Source of the DNA: Phoronis australis | Lineage: Eukaryota > Animalia > Phoronida | Direction of reading: 5' to 3' | DNA: 64,000 bases | Assembly (NCBI GenBank): GCA_002633005.1 | Contig: NMRA01000189.1 | Coordinates: forward strand, 162,264-226,263 | Shown: positions 38,623 to 52,347 of the stretch, in pieces | How the letters are laid out: the number at the start of each line of letters is the position of its first letter | How positions within the stretch are numbered: position 1 is the stretch's first letter | The notes under the pieces: model-generated | Seen by the model: the letters and a program-made list of their open reading frames with translations, nothing else | What the model was told of the DNA's origin: nothing | The model's database searches: none | Program-made: the position numbers and the translations under genes

Positions 38623-40448
38623 TAGTTGGGCATGAGTTTGACATGTTTAGTACCGTAAATTACTTATCGAGTGATCCATAGAAAGTGATTTCAAAGAGTT
38701 CTGTTAAAAGAGTGTTTCCTTTTTAGTCATCACGGAAAATCCAAAAATGAAACAAGTTTCTCCTTTCCAGAACATGATCACTAAACTAATGTCAACATTC
38801 ATCTAATTATTGATTTCTCTTAAAGGCATTTTTCTCGCCATAGGACAAAATTCCCTAACATGTTGTTAAATTGCCACTGAGCACATACATGCATGAATTG
38901 TCTTCAAATATATTCAATTTCTTGGAAATTAAGTGCCAAAGAAGAGGTCTTTTAATTGTTTCTCTGTTTCAAATAAGCAGAAATTTTAATTGTCTTGCTT
39001 CAAAAATGTGTTTCAGGTTTTTCCTTGTCCTTGACAAATGAGCTTTGTCAAATCAAAGTGGTATTTTCTGTGTAAAATGCTGATGCATTAGTTTGATCTC
39101 ATTTTTGAAATGTAGTATTTTTGCCGCACACTTTTTGAAAGACGACTAAAATTTTAACTGAAAATTTCCTCCCTATGTTCCGTACTTTTTTCTGTAAAAA
39201 CAGAACAGCGTTATTGGAAAAATGGGAAAAATGAGAATGTTATTTGGAAAGATGTCTCATCTGTGAATTGGTCTGTGTTGCAATTTGTTTGGTCAGGATG
39301 AATGTTTTAGGATAGGCCATTGACTTGTATCTGATTAGTACTGTTACATGATTGGCTAATTTTAGTTGTACTCAAACCAACAACTTTTGCTGGAGGCTCT
39401 TTTCATGTAGTATGTTTTGGCTATAATTGTGAAGGGACTGGAATAGATATGGGTGATCAGTTCTTAATTTCCGGTGTTTCTTCATTGGAGATACACTCAG
39501 CTATAGGACGTTGAACTCAGGAGTCGATGGTTCAAGAAATGCACTTTATTAAGACAGGTGATCAGGATGCGACCTGATCATTGATGTGATTGGCCATCAG
39601 ATCTGTACATAAGAGTTTGCTGTGCAAGCTCTATACTACAGACCAGTCTAAAACTTCGGACACTGAAATTCAAGGCAAAATTGAATTTTTTGGTTTGAAA
39701 GATTGAGACATGGTTTGTTTTGTCGTTCGTCCTATATCTCAAATGTCAGACTGCGTTTTGTATCAACAGAATATGTGTAACATGGGAGTGAATGATCATT
39801 GGTCGTTGATTGTAATTCTTGAATTTGGTGAAGCCTATATTGCCTATTTCTAAAATTTGGCACAACTCCAACCTTGAGCAAAATAATTAATTTTTCACTG
39901 TCCCAAACAAGAATTGCAGTAGCCCCCTTTTTCCACCCAACTCACTTATTTTTGGGAACAGGAGCATGTAAAAAAACGCATAATTATACCTATTATAATT
40001 TGTTTTCAGAATGTGCGTTAAAAAACGTATCACTGTAAAAAAATCCTGGTACATTCATATGTGCCCTTATAGGTATGGTTATGCAATAGATACATTTATA
40101 TATATGAGCTCATCTAGAGGTTTACTGGTACTAAATCTGGTTCATGTAAAGTTTTGAGAANAACACATGTAGTTGAGATAAAAGGTCATATATATTATGA
40201 CAAACTAAACTACTACAGATATCAGTAATTACAAAAGTTATATAACATGTTGCACTGTAAAGGTGGGTGACAATCTGCCACAGATGCAGCAGAAGGATGC
40301 ATCCGCCCACCCCTACATTTATGTATATGAGCTCATCTAGAGGTTTACTGGTGTTACTAAATCTGGTTCATATAAAGTTTTGAGAAAGTAGGCGCTGTTT
40401 GCAGTGCAGTCGGTAGGTCCATCATATCAATATTCTGTTACCCACCTG

Positions 40449-40556
40449 CCCACTCACTCACTACTCTACTCAGTCACTCACCCACTCACTCACTACTCTA
40501 CTCAGTCACTCACCCACTCACTCACTACTCTACTCAGTCACTCACCCACTCACTCA
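40449..40556. repeat. 32-bp minisatellite x3.4
   Basis: cccactcactcactactctactcagtcactca starts at 40449, 40481 and 40513, with a partial copy at 40545. Confidence 0.95.
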
Positions 40557-41465
40557 ATCCCTACTTATCCCCCCAATCACTTAATGACATATACTTACTC
40601 TTACTAATTCTTCAGGTACCTAAATGTTTGAAGACTAACTGAAAAAGTAAAAGTAAACAGAGGAAATTCGTAGACGGAAGAACCCTTTTTAAGAGTTGAA
40701 CTTATTCCTTTAATGCATATCAGAATGTTTTGATTGAAATTTAGAAAAACTGTCCATTAAAGAGACATTATGGACTTTACTGCTAAAAACTTATTGTTGG
40801 GACTACATTTGATTAGGATTAGATTTGACCACAGCAATAAAATAAGAAAATAACCAAACATGAAATCAATGCCAGTGACTTTACCTGAGGTAAATAAACT
40901 TAAAATATTCTCCAATTCATCAAGTGAGGTTTAGCTCCCCTTTAACGTCCCTTTAACACTATGAAATTGAATGCTGTGTTTAACAAAACGTGACGGTGCC
41001 AGTGGTTATGATTGTAACAAGTTTCTTGGTATCCAGTTTTGATATCTTTTGAAAACAGTCATAGCTTGGAAATGTCAAACCCTCCAAAAATAGACTTGTT
41101 GATCTAAATTTGCTGACTGTGTAGCAAGTTTTGTTGTTGAACTTTCATCAAACTTCGTAAAGAATTCTTTTATAAACAATGATTTTGGCTGATGATTCTC
41201 TGGGCTTTAATTTAGTAACTAACTTTGAAAGCAATGACATGCTATATCAATTTCTCACTAATCTAACAGTTAATTTTTTCATTTTTTCAGTGCTGATTTG
41301 TGCTGTTCAATACAAACAATGATTATGATGAAGTCATATTTATCCCAACATTTATTTATTATATTGCTGAGAAATTTGACAGAAATAGAATTTCTTATGT
41401 CTGCCATCATTTATGCCAAATTGACAAGCGCTTGAAATTTTTTTAAAATTTGCAATGTTTGATAA

Positions 41466-43044
41466 TTTTGTAATTGCCTCCGTTTAGCTGAGTGTCTACA
41501 CTGCACACTATACACCTTGCGACAGTTCTGTCCATCCGTCCGGCGTCCGCTGCTTTATCTCCAAAATCCTTTGATGTATGTTCATAAAATTTTGCAGTTA
41601 TAATGTTTCTTTCATGGATGAGATGGCATAAGCAAATTTTCAAATCCAACATCCAGTGCGCCCCTTAGTGGCAATTTTATTTTTTGTTGTTTTCCTCTGT
41701 ATCTTCCTTAATGGATTCAACTTATTTTGCGCCACCTGGTGGCCATTTTTACTGTTTTTAAGTCTGTCTTTTGCTGTCCACCCCTGTGTAAGCCAAGCCA
41801 TTGTAAGGATGATCATGAAAAGAAATTGTGGCTGACAGTTATTTTTTGGACAGCTCCAACTACAATGAATTCTCCCAGTGGCAGTTTTTTTTAGTCCATG
41901 GATATATCTCCTAAACTCTGCAAGATCTTGTTGAATTTGGCAAGTACAGGTAACAACGACTTGCATATAGATACAACTATGGCTGTGACCCCTAGTGGCA
42001 GATTTATTTTTTCCATTTCCCTCTGTATCTTTGGAGTTCCTTGATAGAGTTTTATGAAATTTGGCAAATTAATTTCTATTTGAGAGGCAATGGCACCTTT
42101 TTGTTTTCAGGCGGATTTGATGATGTGCATGCCACCAAGTGGCCGCTTTATTGTTTTTTAGTCGGTTTTTGAGATCTGCCTCGGTCCACCAAACCACTCT
42201 TTGAATGATTATGAGAGTTGGCAAGAGAGTGCCTGACACTAATTTTTGGACAGCACCAACTACTGTGGCACCTCCTAGTGGCAGTTGTGTTTTTTGCATC
42301 TGTGGCTATATCTCCTAAACCCTCTGAAGGATGTTTGTTAAATTTAGCTTGTGTATTTGTTTGAAGGTGACAATGGATGACGTTGATGTTCGGATGAGTC
42401 TGACTACCGCTTTTTCCCTACGTGGCAATTTATTATTTTGTTTTCCTCTGTATCTTTGGAGTTCCTTGATGGATTTTCATGAAATTTGGCTATTAAAAGG
42501 ACGATGACACTTTTTCATATTCAGATGGATTTGCTGTTGTGACCATTTTATTATGTTTAGTCTGTTTTTGCCATCTATCTCTCAATGTCAACCAAACTAC
42601 CGTACTATAAGAATTGTTATGAAAACTGGTAAATGTATTCCTACTGGGAAGAGCATGGCTGGCGATTTTTAGAGTTTTGACTACTGTGATGCCTCCTAGT
42701 GACTGTTTGCTTTGTTCTCATCTGCAGCTGTTTCTCCCTGTAGGATCTTTGTCAAATTTAGCAAGTGTATTTCTATGAACGTGACAGCGGGAGACGATGC
42801 TTGGACGTATCTGACTGCCGCTGTGCCCCGAGTGTCAGTCTTAATTGTTTACAATCTCGGCAGGTGTGTTCCTGTTGACCAGAGCATTGCTGACTTGCTA
42901 TGCACCCCCTAAAGGCTATTTTAAGTTTACTAACATTGCTTCATCTAGTGGGAATGTTTGAAATAGTAATCATCCATTGTATCTGTGCTATATGCAACAC
43001 ACATGGTTGGCGCATACAGTATCAATGCTCCGCAGTCTTGTTTT
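41466..43044 (+). mobile_element. Helentron/DINE-1-like non-autonomous element with degenerate internal tandem units
   Basis: T-rich start and a short tgtccatccgtcc microsatellite near the 5' end. Recurring internal blocks (gtggcaattttatt…ttcctctgtatct, near 41668, 41995 and 42422; two copies continue ttggagttccttgat…atgaaatttggc). Ends in …cttgtttt. Shares motifs with 55375-55775. Boundaries are approximate. Confidence 0.5.
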
Positions 43045-46000
43045 AATTCTGCATGTTAGCGTTCTTAATTACACTTGATAAATTACAATGAACCGAATGA
43101 AGTTACTTTATAGATTGTTTCAACAGGANCCCCCCCGTTAAATTTGATTTATATGCAATTCAGGAGTGACCTAAGTACTGCCTGACTCTTGAACATGATG
43201 GAGTGTTTTTTTTTTGTACTTTTTTATACAAATGGACCAGGATGAATATCTAGACAGTTTGTTGCAAGCCTTTCCGCATACTCATTATCACTTAAAAATC
43301 CTGTCATTCACATGACTTGATTAGACATGTAATTAAGCTCAAGTTATTAGAGATATGTCATAACAATTCTGTACAAAAACTAACAGACAACTATTAGTAA
43401 ATGTCTACTAACATGTGATAAATGCGTGTTCGCTGACAACTAATTGATACAAGGAAGTTATCAAGTTCAAAGCTGAAATGTTTCTCAACTTTTCGATTTC
43501 TTGAGTTCTGTTTTGATTTTTACTAATGGTTCCTTTCTTGTGAAAATTGAGTTAAGAAGATGAATTACATCAGGTAATAGATTGGAACTATTTTGCAAGT
43601 TGGTAAAATGGTGAAACAGGTGTTTTTGTCTTGGTCACACACAAGGCTATTGGGAAAACACATGTTTATTTTTACTGTTGGCTGCTTTGGATTTTAGTTG
43701 AGGGAAGTTTGGATTCAGTGAATCAAAAATGTCACCGATTTAGGACGCATTAAGTTGGAATAATTTCATGTGTGATAATTAACACCAAATAAATGATTTT
43801 TGTTATTTTTAAGTTCTATATGCATAGACAATGTAGTGAGCAAATTGTGCACATTCATGCCTGTAACTACCATTAGACAATGTAGTGAGCAGATTGTGCA
43901 CATTCAAAAGGATGTTAGGAGCCTTTGAGTCATGAAAAATGGGAAAGTTTGGAAATAATTTTTGTCCAAAATTGAAGAGATATCCCCACAAAAGTAATGG
44001 TTTGCAAATTTATCTTTACAAATTATAATTTGGCAGAAATATCGAATCGCTTGCGGATAGGTTCAAACTGCGATATTCGTCATGTTATTGAAACGTAAAA
44101 TATTACATTCGTATAGCAAAAACACTTCAAGTTTTTGTGCATCCTAATGTAATTTGGATTGTCCGTATTCTTTGTCTGGGAATTGTATCAATGACTTTAG
44201 TGTTCCACATTTTCATTCTGAGGTTGTGATATACATTAAGTCAGCCTTTGAGCAGAATGTACTTCTTGATTGAAACATCAGTAACATCAGAAAGTGTACA
44301 ACGTGCAAATCATATATCAAAACGTACTGGGTGTAATGCGGAGCCGCCCAGTGTGTCCTACTCAGGATTGCTGACTGACTGATTTTGGTGAAAGTTTTGC
44401 CTCGTTGCCCTCGGTCAGAATTCCAATAGATATTAAGCTCACGGTATGAGCTTTTCCATCCACAAGTAAGGTCACCTTTATTGTGGACGGCCGTATTACG
44501 ACTACGATGTGTTTCAGATAATGTGTTTACGTTTCAGCTTCCCATTTTATTTTGATTGGCGATAAGCGCTGAGGGAATGTGCCCGTCTGAGAGAGTATTC
44601 GGTTCTTTGAACTTCTGCGTTTTTTATCTTTTTAATTAACAAACCGGGCTCAAGCATCTTACCCTTGTGAAGCGAATTCAGTGGCTGAGCAAAATGGACA
44701 AGTCCACTGCCCTGGACCATGGGTCATACAACTTAAATCTGATTCCGCCAAAATAGTGTCTATCCAAGGAGAGATTTTTGGCTTTCGCGCACACGACATT
44801 TCTGACACACCACTTGTATCAAGACGTGATTGATTTTCACAGGAATCAGTCAGTTAGGTAGAAGGAGCCGTGTGGCCCTGCACTGTCGGGGGAAAAGTCC
44901 AATGACTTTCTAAAAGTTTTGGTTTATAATGTCACCTGGTTGTGTGATAATGTCTATCATCCAGTCAGACAATGTATCTTTAACGTTTCTATCTAAGCAG
45001 CCACCTGACATCTCAGTTTTTCCAGGTATTTTTTATATTGTCACTGTTGTTACAGAGTTGCTAGACTTATTAGAGAATGTATCTGTTATGTATTGAGGTG
45101 TGAATGACACCTGTATCATGGCTTGTTAGAAGACACTTCTGTGAAGTCATTTTGCTTATCTTAGTCGTTGGGGCTCTTGCTTTATGTTGCTTTAAGAACA
45201 ATGCGACTATGAAACTTTTTGATGTCACACTTGCAAAATACAGTTCACTAATTGAACTATTGAAAGATGACAAGATATAACTTGATAATCTATAGTAGCT
45301 TACAGTGGCACACCGGGCAAAATTTCTGTCATAGTTATTTTGCAATTTGCTTCGAGCATAAAAATGATGATAAAGTGATGTAATATGTTTACATATATTA
45401 ATGATACTGGCATCATACAATTAGATCATACGGACAGCTATAAACGCTGACAAAGAATGTTTGGTGACGACTTGCTGTCGAGATGGTGATAATGTTCATG
45501 ATGACAGTAGTATGGATAGTGATTAAGAGTGAATAAACAATTTAATAATGCCACATCACGGTATCAAAACGTTCCATGGCATAATTCCAATTCTAGTTTC
45601 ACTGTATTCTTTGAGGGTTTTAAGATCACTCAGATTCAAGTCAAATCAAGCTATTGTGTTGTCCAGTTTACACAATAGAGGTAGGGAAATTTCAACAAAA
45701 TAGCAGCAGTGGCAATAAGCGTTTATTTATTTCTCTTTTCTTCTGTAGTTGTAGTTGACAAATTTTTGCCGATCAAAAAAAGATTTAGCTTTTCTTACCT
45801 TAAAATGTGCAGTACGTAATATTGTCACAAAGGGGCGGTGAGTTATGACTGGACACCCATTTTTGCTCCTTACATCCCCATACAAAAGAGGTTCAGGTGA
45901 TGAAAGTCCTGTGACTTTGGTAGGTGCCTATTGTAATCTCGGGTAAGAAGCATTCATTAGATGTTGCGGGTAATGAACAGACCAGAACCTAATGTCGTTT

Positions 46001-46410
46001 TTGGCTGAAGAACAAATTTAAATGAAAGTATTCTGGGAAGCGATGCTTGCCGAAATCAATTGAAGAATGTAGAAGTGAGACTGGTGACAAAATCAACATA
46101 CGTATCCAATAACAATTCCAAGTGCATGACGCTAATGTTCAGCAAATAATACATCAACAAAATTACATTGAGGAATCGGTCAATAAAAGGGCAGCCATTA
46201 AATCAGAAAATCTCAAGTAACTCAGTGACGATAAGACATAGTGTGAAACAGAAAACACACTCCACATATCCTTTGAAGAGATCTATTTACATGCGCATAC
46301 CAAATTTCAGATGGTTCTCTCAAAAGTGCAAAGAGGAATTAGTCTATAAAAAATAAGTCATCTGTCCTATAGATCTTAAGTATCTTGAGACCGTTAAGTC
46401 AGAGTGCTTA

Positions 46411-47469
46411 CCGTATTCGCCGTAATAACCGCCCATGCCCCTATAAGCGCCCCCCATGTGTTTTCAGACTTTGCTGAAATAAGCGCCCAGTCCATGAACG
46501 TGTACATGCGAACAATGACGTACCTACAGTCCTAAAACTCGGCTACAGTAACGTCTTCAATTTATCAAAAAAATTTTGCACGGGTCTTCTAGACCACCAG
46601 CGGCACTGCTACGTTTGTATTTAGCNNNNNNNNNNNNNNNNNNNNNNNNNNNNNNNNNNNNNNNNNNNNNNNNNNNNNNNNNNNNNNNNNNNNNNNNNNN
46701 NNNNNNNNNNNNNNNNNNNNNNNNNNNNNNNNNNNNNACAAATGTCGAAAGTTTTTAGCACGAGACCGGCAAGTGCTGAATGGAACACGCTCTGGTTTAG
46801 GCCTACTGCTTGTGCACATTTCTTTACACACATCTAGCTAGTTAGATTGCGTGGCTCTGGCTGAAAGATGGTCTCTGCTTTGGCAAATGAACTCTGGTGA
46901 CACGCACGCGCTCGCTTATTCGCAGAAAAACTTCAATGAAAACAAACGTCACGTGACAACAACATGTGTGTTCGTCCAGACATTTTTCTCGCCGTGTTGC
47001 CGATCATACAATCATGTAGATGGCACGATGTTGCACAGATTTGTACTTAAACCTGCCGTTAATCCAGACTCCACGGGAACTTAAAAAATCTTAGAAACGC
47101 TACTTATAAAACTTAATGAGGATTTCAGGTAATTTGCTAGAGTCAAAACCATTTTTATTCAAGCATTGAAATCGTCATATCGAAGACGGCGATTTCGAGG
47201 CAGTCAGTCAGCGAGAATTCGCCCTGCGATTTCAGCACAATTTTCTGTCAAATGATCGTAATTTAGCAGCAAAGTTTGATAGCAATGCACCACAGTTTTG
47301 TTGAAAGTCTTTCATAGATTACATATACGTCACAGAGCGTAAATTTGATGAATCTTAGCTTCCGATTTCACCCGTTTTGGAGACCGGGTTTCAACCGGCT
47401 TGGGTTATAAGCGCCCCCCCTGAACCAAACTTTTCTAAGCGCCCTGAGCGGTTATTACGGCGAATACAG
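46411..47469. mobile_element. Tc1/mariner-superfamily (Tc2-like) non-autonomous element, long copy (contains 112-N gap)
   Basis: Same TIRs (CCGTATTCGCCGTAATAACCGC / GCGGTTATTACGGCGAATACAG) and TA flanks. The first ~150 bp and last ~200 bp are near-identical to 38182-38622. Confidence 0.9.
46626..46737. other. Assembly gap (112 N)
   Basis: Run of N. Confidence 1.
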
Positions 47470-48165
47470 TAACTAAATTTATCCTTATGCCAAACTTCGG
47501 AAAGATGCGTTAAGGGTCGTCGCCTGAAATACAGCATGAGAAATCAATCAATTAACGAACATTCAGTAGGAAATCCCGAAGGACTTGGTGAGCTGTTGGG
47601 TATAATAGAGTACCTGCTCAACCAGATCTATCGGGATGTCAATTTTAGAAAAATCCCTCCAGGGGCTTTGCAACCTGAAAGTTGAAAAATGACTATCACT
47701 ACGCCATCTTGTGTCCCAATTTAGACTTGAAGGGTTAACTAAGTCCCCATAGTGGCTTAGAATTTTGTGGATGGTTTTAAATCCTGGGTGTCATTCGCAC
47801 TCAGTAGGCCTATATTGACATGCAATGTCAGTGAAAGTAGTTCTTTGTGGAGCCTGCTTTTAGTCATACAACTTTGAGTTGGACTGTGTTAAAGTAAACA
47901 CTACTTAAAAAAGGTTTATGGTCCTGGCTGAGAAGATAATTGTTTCATTACCCCTTGTGGATCAGTGAATAGACAAGCCCAGAATTTCAGCAAAAAAAAT
48001 AAATATTTTTTACCAAAAATATAAATAAATGTACAGTAACTTGAGTTAAGCACAGATAGCTCTAGAAAGCTATTGACTATTTTGCTAAGGATTAAAAACT
48101 GCCTCTTGTTAATTTACAGGACTTTTAGTGGTGCCTGATGATAAATGGTGTCTTGTTTGTTTCAG

Positions 48166-48228
48166 CTGGTGACTCCCAAGTTCCCAGTTGTGGTCAAAGT
48201 TGGACACGCCCATGGTGGGATGGGCAAG
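48166..48228 (+). CDS. SYN: Synapsin, internal exon (63 nt; C domain)
   Basis: tttgtttcag acceptor and GTAAGC donor. Encodes LVTPKFPVVVKVGHAHGGMGK, matching synapsin I [21 protein letters not shown] including the ATP-binding Lys. Too short to appear in the ORF track. Confidence 0.95.
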
Positions 48229-48551
48229 GTAAGCCAGTGTGGTCTTGACATTTAATTGACAGCTGCCATCGCTGCTCTTCTAGACATAAAGCCTGTCTGT
48301 ATGGATGTTACCGTTGGCGTCTTCACATGAACACAATTGTTTTGTAACAAGCTACATTTCTCTCCTCATGTGTCCTCTGTTCTCATGAATGTGATATTTT
48401 CCCGTAAATCGCATTTCTTTTCTCACAAACTTCTTTCTTTTTGTCTTCAACTTCTGCTCAATTACAAGACACGGTTCATTACATTTAGCAGAAGTCACCT
48501 GTTGACTTAAACAACACTTAGAAGACACTCCAGTTTCGTAACCTTCATTGC

Positions 48552-48576
48552 ATTGTTGTTGTTGTTGTTGTTGTTG
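48552..48576. repeat. (TTG)n microsatellite
   Basis: ttgttgttgttgttgttgttgttg; explains the poly-Gln in ORF 48352..48591. Confidence 0.9.
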
Positions 48577-49519
48577 GGTGGGGAAGATCATGTTTTGATA
48601 TTGTTCATTGGAGTATTAATGAGATAATTAACGTAGATTAACATTTTTTAATCTCTTAACGTGTCTCCACATTATTTTACTATTACCATAGGCCACAAAA
48701 AATTGCTGTCCTCAGAAATTATTTTTTTCCTGTTCATGTTTCAATGTCAGCCAATGATTATAATATGTAAATTCTTATGTAAACTGTGATTACCAACAAT
48801 GGGTTGTTTTTTCATTATAAAAACAATAATTCATTTGCACTGTTTAGTTGGAAGCAAACAAGTGTTTTTATTGTGTTGTGAATTGTTTCTGGGAAACCCC
48901 ATTTATAAAAAGATGGCAGGTTGAATTTGGGCTTTATTTGAAGTAGAGGCCACATGTGTTTTAGGTGTGGACCAATAGGCGTGGCTAACACCCATGTTTA
49001 CTTGTAATCACATTACTTGAATTACTGGCCCAAATGAACTGTGTATATTTTGTCTGAACTCAACTTCCATAGCCTGAGGTTATTTGGCAAGTGTGTGCAA
49101 ACTGGAATTGTTTGAATGAATTGTCTTTTTGGCAATGTGACTATTTATTGTGAACAGTTTTGTGGAATTCAGTTAAAGGAAAAAAACAATGCAATGCATT
49201 TTGGCCTTTTGGGTTTTTTTAGAATTTAATATCCACACTCTTTCATTTTTAAATTGCATCAGTCTTTAATATCAATTTGATTTACTTTTGCAACATTTTA
49301 ATTTTAGTGATTCTTGCTTGTCACCATGGTTTTGTATGATTAGATGGAATGTTACAGATCAGCGTTATTGAAGAATTTTGTCGCAATATTATGATATATA
49401 TCATTTTCATAATTGGGAAGGATTCCAGCATTTGTTTATGTCAGGATTTTAATAGAGATGTTTTTGTTTTCATGGTGACATGCTTTCAGTGGTGATACCC
49501 ACCTTTGCATGTTACAAAT

Positions 49520-49807
49520 TTGTGATGTACCAATATGTATTTGTATGTACAACTTTTACATGTCACCATGGAACTTGTGATGTAGCGATATCTGTCTATA
49601 TGTACAACTTTTACATGTCACCCTTGAACTTGTGATGTAGCGATATCTGTCTATAAGTATAACTTTTACATGTCACCTTTGAACTTGTGATGTAGCGATA
49701 TCTATCTATAGGTATAACTTTTACATGTCACCCTTGAACTTGTGATGTAGTGATATCTGTCTATGTGACATACAACTTTTATATTGTCACCATGGAACTT
49801 GTGATGT
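49520..49807. repeat. 55-bp minisatellite, ~5 copies
   Basis: aacttttacatgtcaccmtkgaacttgtgatgtagcgatatctgtctata… starts at 49551, 49606, 49661, 49716 and ~49774. Confidence 0.95.
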
Positions 49808-49878
49808 GTGTGTCTGTATGTAGTGTTTTATAATTGTTGACAATGCTGTTTTCTCAGAGTTTTTCTTCTTATTTTCAG

Positions 49879-50021
49879 ATCAAGGTGGATAATCATTACG
49901 ACTTTCAGGACATAGCCAGTGTGGTTGCCGTGGCGAATTCTTATGCAACAACAGAACCGTTCGTTGACTCCAAGTTTGACATTCATCTTCAGAAGATTGG
50001 TCCCAATTATAAAGCCTTCAT
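49879..50021 (+). CDS. SYN: Synapsin, internal exon (143 nt; C domain)
   Basis: ttcttattttcag acceptor and GTAGGT donor (phase 2). Encodes [47 protein letters not shown](M), matching synapsin [48 protein letters not shown]. Confidence 0.97.
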
Positions 50022-51404
50022 GTAGGTTTACACAGTGGTCACCCTCTGGCACAATCTGGATAAACAAAGTCTGAACAATTTCCTTTCATTTGTTGATAAT
50101 TCCTTGCACTGCTAGAAACACACCAATACAAATGTAACAGTTGTTTTAGCTGTCCTTTACTATAAACAGACTATATAACGCATGACTTTACAATTGTTTC
50201 ATTCTCTTTCTCAGTCTTTTTTTACTCCCATTGCTGAGTACATTTTTTTCTCTTTGAACTACCGTTCAACTTTGTCGCTTGTTTTATGTTGGTTTATTGG
50301 TCTCTATTCGGATTTAATTAATTGAACTATCTCTGTTAGTATTGTCTTTTATCTTGGCCCTTTTTTTCTTGGTTTGTAGTTGTGTGTATACAAGGTATTA
50401 TAGCCATTGTCCCCAGCGAAAATAGTTGGTAGACTTATGCGGTTATCCAGACATAACATTGTGGAATAAAATGTGAATAAAATATAATCTAGGACATTAA
50501 TCTAATGAGAACACTAAGCTTTATTTGATGGAACTTCTTTTTATCTTTAAATTCTCATTTGAAGATGAATAGCATGGTTACAATTTTTCCAAACTTTCAC
50601 ATTGTTTCTTATGCCGACCCAGTTTAACTGGAGTCTATGGGAAATAAAACAAAGATGTTATCTGCCTTCAGTTGAACAACAGTAAAAAGTTCATGATCAT
50701 TGTTTTGAAATAAAATTCCATCTTTATTAATGACAAAGGTTAAAGGTTATGTTGTTGTCTCACAAACTACTATAGGATGTATCTTGTGAATGAGTAGGAG
50801 GTGAAACCACAAATTTTTATTTTTCAACTATTTCATGATGAACCGTTTTTATGGTTGTCGAAAAAATATTCCAAAACCTCATTTCTTTATTACATATACA
50901 CTGTTTGAGCTGCGTTAGCAAGGTAGTTGTAACCTGATCATGTTGAAATTTAACACAACTGGAAAATATGAATTAAGTCAGTCATTGACACTGTTGAACT
51001 GAGGTAATCTGTGAAGCGTGTCCCGTACAAGTAGCAATTATCAGTATTAGCACAAAAGTTGAGTTTCTGTATTTTATGTATTACTACTTATTAAATCCCA
51101 CACTGTTGATGCCATCTTCAGTGATGCAAGAGAACTTGTACATTTACCAACCAATACAGGATCTTGAGTTGATGCTCAGTGGTAAAAACTGTCACTATAA
51201 AATAGTTATTGACTAATATTTACGCAATAATTTTGAAGTCTCCAGCTTTTTTTGATTTAGCCAATGTTTGTCAAATGTCTCCAGCGCGCTTGTTACAAGT
51301 TAAATTTAGTTAAAACTCTGATTTTACTTGTTAGGATTGGCTTCAAACCCAGGTGGAACTACTCTAACAGAACATGGGCCTTATGGGGTCATGACCTTAT
51401 GGGG

Positions 51405-52347
51405 TCATGACCTAAAAGAAAGGATGTAATGTGGTGTGTCCACTGAAGTTACTTAATTTACACTTCTTGCTGTATCCTAGTCAAAACACTCCATCACTCT
51501 TGACAGTTTGCGGACTGACATTTTGGTCAGGGGATGTTATCAAGTTTCCAAGTGCTATGCTGCCCAGGTCAAAGTTTCCATCTTATGTTTATATTAATTT
51601 AAAGTAAATTTATAGACTAAGGTTAATCCAGCTCAGTGCAGAAGCTATGTGAGTGATTTTATGAAGCCATTAAAAATTCAGCCCATAAGGCAGCTTAGGC
51701 TTCGTCAATAGATTTGAACAATTCCTGCAAGTGTCTTCTGGGAGGGAGGGGGGTTATCAGAGAATCTGGGGAGTTGTGGTCAGTGTGAACGGTTAACTTC
51801 GGTCCTGGATTGAAGTTAACAACAGTAGTTGTTGGCACTGCTCTCGCCAACAATTAAGGAGAAGTGTCGTCGCTTATAGTTGCTTATATTTTGCTCGAAT
51901 AATCACCAGTCGGATTAGAAATAAGTTTTATGTCAATTATCAATTGTGAATGGTCTCAAATTGTCACATTAAAAAATGTTAGCGTGCACGTAATGCATCA
52001 GGGTAACTTTGAAATTACATCGATAACGACAGCTTCACCTACCGTTTACTTCGATGCAGTTAAGTACCGAAGCTGGTATGAATGATCTGATTAACGTTTA
52101 TGTCAACGCTCCGCTCATACCGCAATGTAGTTAGTATGAAAAGGAATGTTTAACAGTGGATTAGATATCTGGACTATCCTCAATTAAAGGCCCTTTCCCA
52201 TACAGTTTAATCTGGCTACTATATCGAAGCTTCGATATGTCAACAGAGTTGTTAACCGTGAAGTTAAGCATTACCATTCTCATCAGCTTTGGAGTTATTC
52301 ATACAACTAATGCAGCAGAGTTGGCAGAAACTCGTTTTACGTACTAC
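51405..52347 (+). repeat. Duplicated block A, copy 1
   Basis: Near-identical to 53294-54219 apart from scattered SNPs and small indels. Confidence 0.95.

Larger units (their letters stand above)
1..48165 (+). other. Large synapsin intron hosting the antisense TIMP gene (5' boundary not seen, probably outside the window)
   Basis: I recognised no exon encoding the preceding synapsin segment (…FPLIDQTFYPNHKEM-like) upstream of 48166. The TIMP exon lies inside this interval on the opposite strand. Scanned by eye only. Confidence 0.6.

Noticed and set aside
43825-43906. 33-bp direct repeat separated by 16 bp
   Set aside because: Only two copies; a simple local duplication, not an array.
46576-46833. 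ORFs spanning X residues
   Set aside because: Artefacts of the N gap.
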